Shown one piece after another: positions 29,626 to 39,500 of a DNA stretch of 64,000 nucleotides. The translations under genes and the position numbers were made by a program. The notes under the pieces were generated by a model. It saw only the letters and a list, made by a program, of their open reading frames with translations. It did not search any database and had not been told where the DNA came from. Source of the DNA: a virus; the IMG/VR virus record IMGVR_UViG_3300049043_000117, positions 57,675-121,674 of that record. The stretch is one strand, 5' to 3'. Numbering within the stretch: the stretch's first letter is position 1; each line of letters opens with the position of its first letter.

Positions 29626-29883
29626 TTATATGTATAAGACATTTTTACCACTTTCTCCATACATTGGTTCTGTTCCATACTCCCAATCATCGTAATCTTG
29701 ATCATTACGAATTCTTTCGTGAAGTTCTGTTTGTTTTTTTAGATCATGTTTGGGTGCCGAATCATGCATAACTTCCTGAATTACTCTTTTTTCGGGAATT
29801 TTAACATAATCTGTAACTAAACTTGCGGTTCCCCACATTTTTTTCATGTAATCTTTGTCTCTATCGACTGGTAAATTTGACAT
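29626..29883 (-). CDS. Conserved cyanophage hypothetical protein
   Basis: Intact 85-aa ORF (KKMWGT..L.TDY; HERIRNDQDYDDW) with a GGAG RBS. Confidence 0.7.
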   Translation of the reverse strand: MSNLPVDRDKDYMKKMWGTASLVTDYVKIPEKRVIQEVMHDSAPKHDLKKQTELHERIRNDQDYDDWEYGTEPMYGESGKNVLYI

Positions 29884-30112
29884 TTTAGCTCCTGATTTAG
29901 AAAATCAGAACTTTTTACGGGTTCCTATTCCCGAAATGTCAGTTATCGTTTTTAAGTTCATCAACTTGATCATCCATAGACATTTTTTTAAGATGCGGCA
30001 TATAATTTAATGCGACATTATATAATTCTTTTTCTACATCATATAGATATTTTTCTGAAACGCCATCACTTTCCTTTTCTATGGTTGTCTGGTTTTGTTA
30101 TTGAAATCCATT

Positions 30113-30580
30113 TCAATTCTCTTCCGTGTTTTTTTCTATGTATTTGTAATCTTTTCCTAAAATTTCTTTAAGATAGTCTTCTGTCCAATATGTATAATAC
30201 TCTGTTTTTGCTAACTGTTTTCTAATTTTATTTAATTTTATCTTAGATTGACATAAAATTAAATTGAATTTTTCATTATTCGTTTTTACGCCATTAATAA
30301 AAGTGTCTCTGGAAGACAAATCTGAGAAAAACTTATAATACGGAAACTTTTCGTTGTAAACGGTTACCCAATTTTCGACATGATCTGGTCTCCAAAAATC
30401 TTCAACAATAAAAATAATGACATCGTAGCCAGATTTGGGCACGATGTCATCAAGTGAAGTCTCTACAATTAAAGTTTTTGATGAGGAAGCATATGGACAA
30501 ATCGCAAAACCGCCTAATTCCGGTCTATTTTTAGATACTTTTTGTATCCATTTATGAATGTATGCCTCTTTTTCAGACAT
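30113..30580 (-). CDS. Conserved phage hypothetical protein (CPYA motif, DUF1415-like)
   Basis: Intact 155-aa ORF, WI..VS..RPELGGFAICPYA. Confidence 0.65.
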   Translation of the reverse strand: MSEKEAYIHKWIQKVSKNRPELGGFAICPYASSSKTLIVETSLDDIVPKSGYDVIIFIVEDFWRPDHVENWVTVYNEKFPYYKFFSDLSSRDTFINGVKTNNEKFNLILCQSKIKLNKIRKQLAKTEYYTYWTEDYLKEILGKDYKYIEKNTEEN

Positions 30581-30785
30581 ATTAACCTGCGGCTAAGGGG
30601 ATGCCTGGATTTGGTTTAGTTTGAACGACGGTTCTTGCATTTGATGCAACATTGTAATCAAATACTTTTGCAGTTTCTGGAGTTTCTTCTGGAGAATCTG
30701 CAGCAGTTCGGACCTACTTTTGGCATTGTTTCTGACATTTTCTATGCGATGCAATTAATTTAAAATTATTTAGACTTTTTCTTTT

Positions 30786-30932
30786 ACTTACCTTGACCTC
30801 GATATACTTTTCGAGTCTTGTTACGCTCGTTGAAGAATATTTAGTTCCTTTTCCCATTCCTTGACGAGTTAATTTTGGTTTTCCCGCTACATAACCAGTC
30901 TTTACTAATCCACCTTTTGCTTTTACTGTCAT
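30786..30932 (-). CDS. Small basic conserved cyanophage protein
   Basis: MTVKAKGG...PKLTRQGMGKGTKYSSTS...KVYRGQGK* after one indel. Confidence 0.6.
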
Positions 30933-31021
30933 TTTTCTAATATCTCACATATTGGTTTTATGCGCGCCGAATTTTGTTTTTGAACGCACGAACATCAGTC
31001 TCTAGGGTTCTAAGACCCGTA

Positions 31022-31777
31022 TCAAAGAATACGAGTCTTCTCATGACCTACACGAATCTTAGGATCGCACCAGATCTCAAAGCCCGCTGCCTCTGCGTCA
31101 AGACAGAAGGACACGTCCTCACCACACATATCTTGAACCTCTCCGGAATCAAATACTTGCATCTTTGGAGCGAACCAAGGATACTCAAGAGATTCAAACA
31201 CTCCATGTTTAATCAAAACCCAACCGAACCCAGTGTAGTCAACTGTAAATGGTTTGCGGCGTTTCTGCATTGTTTCACCAGTTTCATGATTCATAACTCC
31301 ACCATTATTCTTGAAGTCATCTTCTTCTAACCAATGAGCAACCGAAGTTGTCTGACCATCTTCAGTCATATACCAACCTGCGGCAATATCCTTATCCATT
31401 GCAACAAGACGATAAAACTTTTCAGTATCAAAGACAATATCGTTATCAATCCAGAGTTGATAGTCATACTTAAGTTTTCCATCCCATGGAATTTGTTTTG
31501 GTCCACGAAGAACATTTGCACCAAGAACCTTGCATCGTGCAAAGTTTACCATGGAAGAATAGTCCTGTGAAATTTGAATGCAAGTGCACCGTTTTGGACA
31601 AGATCAAAACACAATTGGACAAATGCTTTGAGAAAAATATAAGAACAACCTCGACCAGGAAGACAGAAAATGATTGATTTTCCACGAATCATTTCTTTCG
31701 CAGAATTAATATCAAACTCTTCATCATTTTTCTTCAGGAGTTGCGCTGCTAGCTTTAATTGTAAATCCTTTAGACAT
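31022..31777 (-). CDS. Glycosyltransferase (GT-A/GT2-like) conserved in cyanomyoviruses
   Basis: IIFCLPGRG.S..FL, VNFARCKVLGA, DYQLWIDNDIVF (DxD), YTGFGWVLIKHGVFE, GEDVSFC, DPKIRVGHEK. Confidence 0.8.
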
Positions 31778-31801
31778 AAAATTTAGAATTGCGACGTTAC
31801 T

Positions 31802-31830
31802 ATTCTACCACTACAAATCAAATCATGCAA
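31802..31830 (-). promoter_or_regulatory. Sigma70-type promoter with extended -10
   Basis: TTGCAT-17 nt-TAGAAT with TG-N before the -10, ~25 nt upstream of the ATG at 31777. Confidence 0.65.
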
Positions 31831-32053
31831 TGGTTTCTGTTCTTATTTAGAAGAAAACTTTAAATACATTCTTCTTCGATTTTGACTAACAAATCCTCAA
31901 TTTCATTTTTGAGAGATTCGTTAATCACCAACACTTTATCTGTATCCAAACGATATTGAAGACAATCGAGCAAAAGATCTTTTTCTTGATAATTTACCTT
32001 GAGTTCCATGTAATTAATAACAGTTCATTTCAAAAATTATATATGAATTTTAG

Positions 32054-32650
32054 TTATTTGCCGACATATCTTGCAATAGATCCAAGATATCTTTCCGGAC
32101 TTGGTAATATCCTTTGTCACATTACTCAATGCTCCTACAGTCACATCATCAGTAATCTTTACATTATTCAAGACAGAAGACTTGAATTTAAATGTACAAT
32201 TTTCGCAACCGTTGTCTTTCCAGCGATTGCAACTCCAGAATGCAATACACAACTCGACCTAAATTTACATGATGTGCAACTAAACAATAACTTTCAATCC
32301 AACAATGATTTCCAATATGAGTGGAATACAATGTCGAACTGAAAGGCCCAATGATGACTCCTTTACCAAGAGTACATGTATCACAAACTAGACTTGTCTC
32401 ATGTGTACAAGTCACACAATCCAAATTTAAGTCATCAATCGTCTGACATATTTTTTCTGAGTTGTGTATCAACACAAAATGAAACAATGTATTGATAATC
32501 ATTCTGATTTGAAAGGCTCAAAAAATCTTCTGGAGTCATTACCTCCATCGTATTTTGTGTTTGTAAAGAAATAAAATTAATTGCCGATTCTACCATGGAA
32601 GATTCGGAATAACCAATGACTTTAATTGGTTTATGGTTTTCAATAATCAT
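32054..32650 (-). CDS. Hexapeptide-repeat sugar O/N-acetyltransferase (NeuD/PglD-like), frameshifted
   Basis: Fragments join: LGKGVIIGP, IGNHCWIESYCLVAHHVNLG, VKITDDVTVGALSNVTKDITKSG. Confidence 0.75.
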
Positions 32651-33827
32651 AAAACTATCAGAATTAATGTATAAAGTATAGTAGAAAATTCAAATATATG
32701 CAATTTCAATTTGTAAAAGATACATCAAAATGATTCAAGCTTGTTTAATTTGTTCGTGATTTCTAATTTTCTGTTTAGTCTTATCATACAAACCATCATC
32801 CATAATTTGGCAGTTCTGTTCAAATCTTTTTCGATTATCATTCCACAATTCACGAACATTTACAGAACCATTTAACAGATGTTCATTTCGATCAATTCCT
32901 GCAACCATTCTTTCAAAGTGATCTTCAATTTCATCATAACTATGATCGATAATGTCATCAAACATATCAATTTGCATGAACTTTCGTATCTCTCTGACAA
33001 TTCCCGGTCCATTAATGTAAATTGGAAAGTTCTTCGCATAAACAGACTGAACTTCTTTTTCACTCAGAACTGGAGTATTTTCAAAGAACATTGTTCCGGT
33101 AATAATTTCAACAGCGATCTTTTCAAACACAGGTAATAAATTTTGATTGTAATTGCTTGCAACTCAATCATTGCTGTAATCAAAATTACGTATCTTCAAA
33201 TGTTTAAAATCTTTTGATTTGAATCGAACATAACCTTTTGCAAAATCACTTCTTAATTGATAGGTTGGTATTTTTGTAATATTTTTATATTGATCATATT
33301 TCACAAGCGTAGGCACATCCATGTTAAAAGTAATATACCCTCTGTTATAATAATCTTTCGATAATAAGTAACATACCGTCATTACTTTATGCACTTTAGT
33401 ATCAGAATTTAACGATAACCAAGCACTTTCTAAGATCTTTCTTTTCGCAATGTTTTAATCGTTCTGTATAACTTGTTGGAATAATTGTATCCAAATATAA
33501 GTTTGGAAATTTCACTTCCTTTGCAAGATTTAAATGAAGATTAAAAATAATAAAATCTTGTTCCGGATTATCTGCACAAAACTGCGTTAGTTCTTTAATT
33601 GCAGTATTATCGGTATTATCAATCATTAAATCCATCACATTCAAAATCACAACTCGACTTTGAAAATTTATTTGATAAAGATCTTGAAACGATGACCCAG
33701 TTCCATATGGACAGAATAATAATTGATAACATTCAACATCTTCGCTGAGAGTATACTCATCAAAAAAAGTTTCAAACGTATCTGTAAATGGTACTCCTGG
33801 GAATGAAGATAGTGTTTTGACTTTCAT
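32647..33827 (-). CDS. Phage protein, possibly a GT-B glycosyltransferase, frameshifted (ORFs 33402-33827, 33164-33394, 32735-33130)
   Basis: C-terminal EIITGTMFF...LSEKE...NFPIYINGPG...DMFDDIIDHSYD motif, recalled from T4-like phage glycan-island proteins. The 3' end is approximate. Confidence 0.5.
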
Positions 33828-33832
33828 TTTAG

Positions 33833-34396
33833 TTAAAAATACTTTTGATAAACTTCTTCTTCATTTGACAATCTCATAGACAGTAAAATTCTTGGTAACT
33901 TATGAGAGTCTAAAATTCTAACTCCATGCAATTCCTTCACATTCATCAGTGTCGGAACATCTAAAACATATTTATCCACCTCATGACATTCATTTATATT
34001 ATAATAAGTTCCCGTTCCCCATGAATGTAAATGAACTGTTCCTTGAATGTCTTGATGATTTTTTTGATAGATGATTGTCTCTGCACTTGAACCATTTAAA
34101 ATTGGCCAATTCAATCGAATTCTTTTTTGAATTGATGAATTGTTTGCATCCGTATGTATTGGAACTTCTGTATTTTGATTGACAAAAAGATACGATGCAA
34201 AGATAACTTCTGAATTTAATTCTTCCCGAATACATTCAAACAATTCTGGAATATCTTTTTTAAATTCTTCAAGGTTCTCTTCTGAAATTAAATTGTAAAA
34301 TAATTTTTCTCTTTGACTTATGAAATGAGTGATGTAAGGAACGATAAGTTCTTGAATTTCTTCAAAGGAGTCAATATCAAGTTGTTTATAATACAT
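33833..34396 (-). CDS. 2OG-Fe(II) oxygenase/cupin-like protein
   Basis: HxD motif (VPIHTD), RLNWPI, PTLMNVKELHGV, PRILLSMRL. Probable start MYYKQL at 34396 after a CATAAATA late-type box. Confidence 0.6.
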   Translation of the reverse strand: MYYKQLDIDSFEEIQELIVPYITHFISQREKLFYNLISEENLEEFKKDIPELFECIREELNSEVIFASYLFVNQNTEVPIHTDANNSSIQKRIRLNWPILNGSSAETIIYQKNHQDIQGTVHLHSWGTGTYYNINECHEVDKYVLDVPTLMNVKELHGVRILDSHKLPRILLSMRLSNEEEVYQKYF

Positions 34397-34947
34397 GAGA
34401 GAAGGTTTTGAGATATTTATGGCTGGCAAAAAAATTTTTGATTCTTGATGGCTTTTCGAGCGCTTTTTGGGGTCGTTATAGATTAGGGTAGTTAGCGTTT
34501 TTTCAAACGGGGCCACCGCGCCCGCGCTAACACAAACGCCCCGACAAACAACTGCCTCAAACTGTCATAAGCTGCACGAACACCGCTGCTCGTTCTCTGT
34601 TGTATTCGTGTCCCCTCCGATGACTCATAAGCCTCAGAGGGAACATAAGCCTCACACCTCAGCCAGAAGTCTTGAAGTATGCCTGCACCATTGCCCTCAG
34701 TGACAGCATTCTGTGCATGTGTGGCATGCCCATTGTATGCTTGACCTCGGCGGTTGGTGTTAGTCCGAGGGCCATTCGTGCGGCTGCATGATGAGTTCAG
34801 ACTTCTTCAGCTTACGGGTGGGGAGCACAGTGTACTTCAGCTGCCCCTGAACATCAGCAACCAGGAGCTCCAGTTTGCTTGCTTTGGAGATGTCAATGTT
34901 GGTCATGATGTTGTTAGTTAAGGTGTGCAGTAAGAATAGACGAATGA

Positions 34948-35225
34948 TCAGAGCTCTTGCATCATCTCAAGCATCTCTGCTTCATTGATTTCTTCATCAT
35001 CCCAACGAACACCATCCTTCGTGCTACCCAACATGCGGCCAATCTGTCCATCAGTCATACAACGAACAAACTTAGCCCAAGGGGTCTCATCATCACCACA
35101 GAACTCAACACAAGCCTTTGCAGTGTTATACAGAAACTCATCATTTCCGATCCACAGAGCAGCATTCCAGGTCTCATAGTTACTCCAGCCGTTGTAGGTA
35201 ACTGAGTGGTTTCGGTGTTGGTCAT
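34948..35225 (-). CDS. Conserved cyanophage early hypothetical protein
   Basis: TYNGWSNYETWNAALWIGNDEFLY motif. Starts just after a promoter repeat. Confidence 0.65.
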
Positions 35226-35230
35226 GTGTG

Positions 35231-35305
35231 TTCCTCTCAACATGGCTGAGATACCAGGCTGGCTCCCTCTGGCGCATACTGTGGCCCAGTCATTTAACTG
35301 TCCAC
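35231..35305 (-). promoter_or_regulatory. Early promoter repeat, copy 1
   Basis: Minus strand GTGGACAGTTAAATGACTGGGCCAC...TATCTCAGCCATGTTGAGAGGAA. Confidence 0.75.
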
Positions 35306-35508
35306 TATTCTCTCTGTTGTCAATGTTCTATGGTGGGCTCATGAGTCTTTGTGGCTTGAGACTTAACTTAAGCTGGCTCTAGAGGCTTAAGCACTCAGTC
35401 CCTTTATGCACTCCTACAGAGTTATTATAAGGCTTCAGAGGGACTTATGTCAAGCTCACGAATGTGTGACCCTTAGAGTGCTCATTGAGCTTCTGTAGAA
35501 TGCTTAAG

Positions 35509-35934
35509 TTTTCCACAGCTTTTCCACAGGTTTGTTATACTTTTTCCACAGCCCTAAGTATAAGAACTCTGATGGCTTTTGAGAACTTGTGATAACCTGT
35601 GGAAAACTTATGCTGTGGAAAACTATAAGAACTCGGAGGGGTCTGAGTGTTACTTTATGTGCGTCCGGAAACTTATGTCGGGGTGCCATTGCCAGTTTTA
35701 GCGGTCGTGTGATAGCCTGCACCCTTAGATCACAAGGTCTCAGAGCTTTCAAGAATGTTATCTCAGGAGCTTTCACTCTCACTAACACAAGGTCTCAGAG
35801 GCTTTATTATCAAACAAACACAAAGATTAGAAAGCGATTGAATGTCGTCTAAATGAGAAAGCTATCTAAACAAAGCTTTAACAAAGCCATGTTTTAGCCA
35901 TTTATTTAAGCCCTTTTTCCACAGCTTTTCCACA
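35509..35934. promoter_or_regulatory. Cluster of seven cyanobacterial-type DnaA boxes (candidate origin)
   Basis: TTTTCCACA at 35509, 35520, 35542, 35915 and 35926. TGTGGAAAA at 35598 and 35614. Confidence 0.7.
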
Positions 35935-36551
35935 ACCTTGTTAAAAAACTATCGTAACTCATCAACAACAACTCGTGAAGCACTAAGAGTATGTAACTCC
36001 ACTCCTCTCTAGTTGTTGTCTTCAGTGGAGAACTCACGGGATCATAACTCTCAAACTCTACAACACCCTGAGCATAATCATCATAGAACAGCTCTTCATT
36101 CTCGTAGTGACTTTGATCGTTCATTTCCTGTGAGAAAAACTCTTGAACATCGTCTCTCCATTAGTTGCTCCTCCGAGTCTTATACTCTCCGAGATTCTCG
36201 ACATAAACCTCGTTGACCTGATTCGTTTACCTTTAAGTTCCAGAAGCTCACGCCAATTCCACTCTTTCAGGCTCTACGCAATTTGTAGCATCAACTGTGA
36301 AGTCAAGAGTAACCCGGTAGCGCGTAACTTTGTCGTTGATTGTTTGCATTATGAGATGTCCTTTGAGTGTAACAAACTACAAGACTATTTTATACGATTA
36401 GGAGGCTACATGTCAATCATTTGTTTGTACTTTGTGACATTGATCTGCGAAGTATTCGGCATAACTGGGGTTAGCACAGCTATCACGCCATGTCAGAGAA
36501 AATGAGGAGGCTGAGGTGGACGATTGCGATAGCGAATGAGGTGGCGTTTTT

Positions 36552-39500
36552 TCATGCGTTGTTAATCAAATCTTGTTCAATCTGTTGGAGCATGGTATCA
36601 GTCCAAGCTTGTGGATCTACGAGACCTTTGTTTGCGTAGAGTTGTGTATACCGAAGGGCGTAAAGATCAGGGTTTAAGTGTTGCAACTCTTCAAGAGTTT
36701 GAGCAATTCGGACATTCAATGTGTGATTAGTCATGATGAAGAATGGCGATCATTTTGTCATGGTAGGCATCAGCTTCAACCTCACATTGATGAGATTGAG
36801 TAGCATCATCAATCTCGTATTGTTTGAGGTTTAGAGTGTGAATGACATCTGATAAAAGTTCAACGAGTGCATCAAGCTTTTGAGTATCAGTCATTCTTTG
36901 TGTTCCAAACTTTTTCGTGTCGTGTCACTTCATGAGCACACTTAGAGCAATGAAGAACACCATCCCAATCATCATGAATGCTCGTTTCTTTATAGTAACC
37001 TTCACCACACTTTTTGCAAGTTTGATTCAGGTGATCGTGCATTGTATAGAGATTGAGCTGATTTTGGATCAGTCATCATTTGGATTCACCTCTTTGAGAA
37101 CTTGAGTGAACAATTCAATCGCCAGCTCGTCTGGCATTGTCTTTCTTCATTCTGTAAATGTAGAACTCCAATCGCTTCAACGATCGCTTGTTGTTTGAGT
37201 TCTTCCCAGGTCGGCTTTGTCATGATTCACACTCCCAGATCAACAAGCTTCAGAAACACATTGGGAAGAGCAATCGTCTCACCATTCACCTTGTAAGAGA
37301 GCGAATGCCACCCTTGACAGTAGGAGCACAACGGCAATACAGAGCAACTTCATTCACCTTAGCTCCATCAGCATTGTGAAGCGGAAAGTACGTGAACACA
37401 CTCTCCAGCGATGTAGCGAGCTTTGGAGCGAGGATCAACAACCACAGTGGCAGTTCAACCGATCAATGATACCATTGCGGGCATCGTAGTTGTCTTTCGC
37501 AAGCTTCGCAGTCAGACCGATCTGCTTCTTGAATGGCTTGGATGGTCAGGGACATTTGGATCTCTCTCAATGTAGCCGAGATACACGATCTGGCTGGGTT
37601 CGGCGTGTTTCATGGACAAGCCCACCAACTGGGCCCATTGCTACACCAGAAAGGGGGCAAAGTCCCCTATTGTCTCACATTCAGAACTCAATCGGTTCCA
37701 GCGTTGCTACACCCAGAACGCTCTCAATCATCGGGGATTCGGCATAAGTGTACCCGACAGAATCAGGCGACGAGAGTGTCAAGCACTTGCAGCATTTGGT
37801 TGCCGTTTTGAGCAACACGAAGCATACCGATTGCGGTTTCTTTGGTCATGATAAGAGAGAGAAAAGTGTAGGACAATTTGAGTGTCTTTAGAGCGCATCT
37901 CATTCTCTATTTGCGAATAGCGAATGACTCCTTGCACTGATTCAATCAATTCTTTGAAGCGATCTTCATCATCATAATAAAACTCAAGCTCTGTTTGATG
38001 ATGTCATCTTCAGCCATTCCATCCATGTTGTCAATAATTGAATCAACAGCAAAAGCACACAGGTCGCGGACATCCATCCTCTCAACAACCTCGTTAGCGT
38101 ATAGCTTCAATCAGTTTGGAAAACTGTTCTTTGGAAAGTGTCATGATTCAGTTAGCAAAAAGGTTGGAAATCTTGTCTACAATGTTGTCATAATCGCTCC
38201 GAGGATCGTATTCATCATCCTCACAAAACTCGCGGTTGTTTCCCAAGATTGTAGATCAGATCCCACTCGGAATCAGTGAAGAACTCTTGAATGGCTTGTT
38301 TGGATTGTGTCATGATTCAGATGGTAACTGGGGACAGGGAAACTTCAACTCGCACTGAGATTCAATCCAGCAAGTTCCGTCATTCACACGCTTGCAGATT
38401 GCATCAGTCGGGTTCTTGCAACTGGACTTCTCATACCAAATGGTACGGCAGCCGTCGTTGGTTTCTACTTGGATTCGGATTGTTTGCATGATTCAGTTGT
38501 TGATCAGCTTTGCAGGTGAACCACAGGAAAGATAGAAAGCTGCCATCCGTTCTGCCTTCTTCAAGAGTGCGGAAGCTCGCTGACGGCACTCGCAGTTGTT
38601 GTAGGGAACTTGATAAGAAATGGTGAACATTTGGGAGGTGGTTGTTTGTCTCAACATGGCTGGAATACCATCACTGGCTGGTCGTGGCGTATTTCATGTG
38701 ACAGGTTCCGAAGACTGTCACATCGCTACCCGCTAGCTTCAGTTCATGATCATCGCATCATAATTCAGGTTGTTGACACAAACCACACCGCAGTAGTAAG
38801 CATCAAGCCGGTTGTCAAGCTTCAACCGTAGAGGTAGTGGAATGACGAGGATTGTACCCGTTCGCACACAAACAGCAAAGCGATCTTTTGCTTCATCGTT
38901 GACAAAAGGTGCATCGTGAATGATGCTCACATTGTCATTCTCTTTGAAGCGATACACCGAACGGGTCGGAAGGTGATGAGCATTCAGCTGCGCTTCCGAA
39001 GTAGACTTCGACGCTCCAACCTTGGCGGAAGAGTGACATTTGAGTGGTGTTGTTCTTCATGTGACTGAGATACAGGATCTCGACTGGATTCGGCGCATTT
39101 AGTGGACAGCTGCGCCAAGCTGTCACATCGCTGCTCATTCCTTCACAAACTGGGCACAATGAGTTGCCCATCATCATAAAACTCGTCCAAAAGATAATCA
39201 ACCGTGATCTCTAATTGAGCAGCAATGTACTCGCATTTGAGATAGAAGTCCAACGGAAGCTCGTAGTGTTCGGTTTCAACAATCGTCGTCGATCTTTAGC
39301 CATGATCAGATCAACCCTCAAGCCAACTCAGGATAGTATTCTTCAACTTCGCCAACCAGTTCTTCATCAGCTGTAACTTGCAAAGTTTTCTTCCAGTTGA
39401 TCGCCTACAATTCTCATGAGATCCTTGGTGCTCATGTTGTCAAGAATCCGATCAACATAATCCGAAATGAGTTGATCGCGGTTAAACTTGCAGTAGTCAT

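Noticed and set aside
35504-35852. ORFs 35504-35788 and 35589-35852 as real genes
   Set aside because: They have atypical composition, and their LWK repeats simply reflect the DnaA-box 9-mers.
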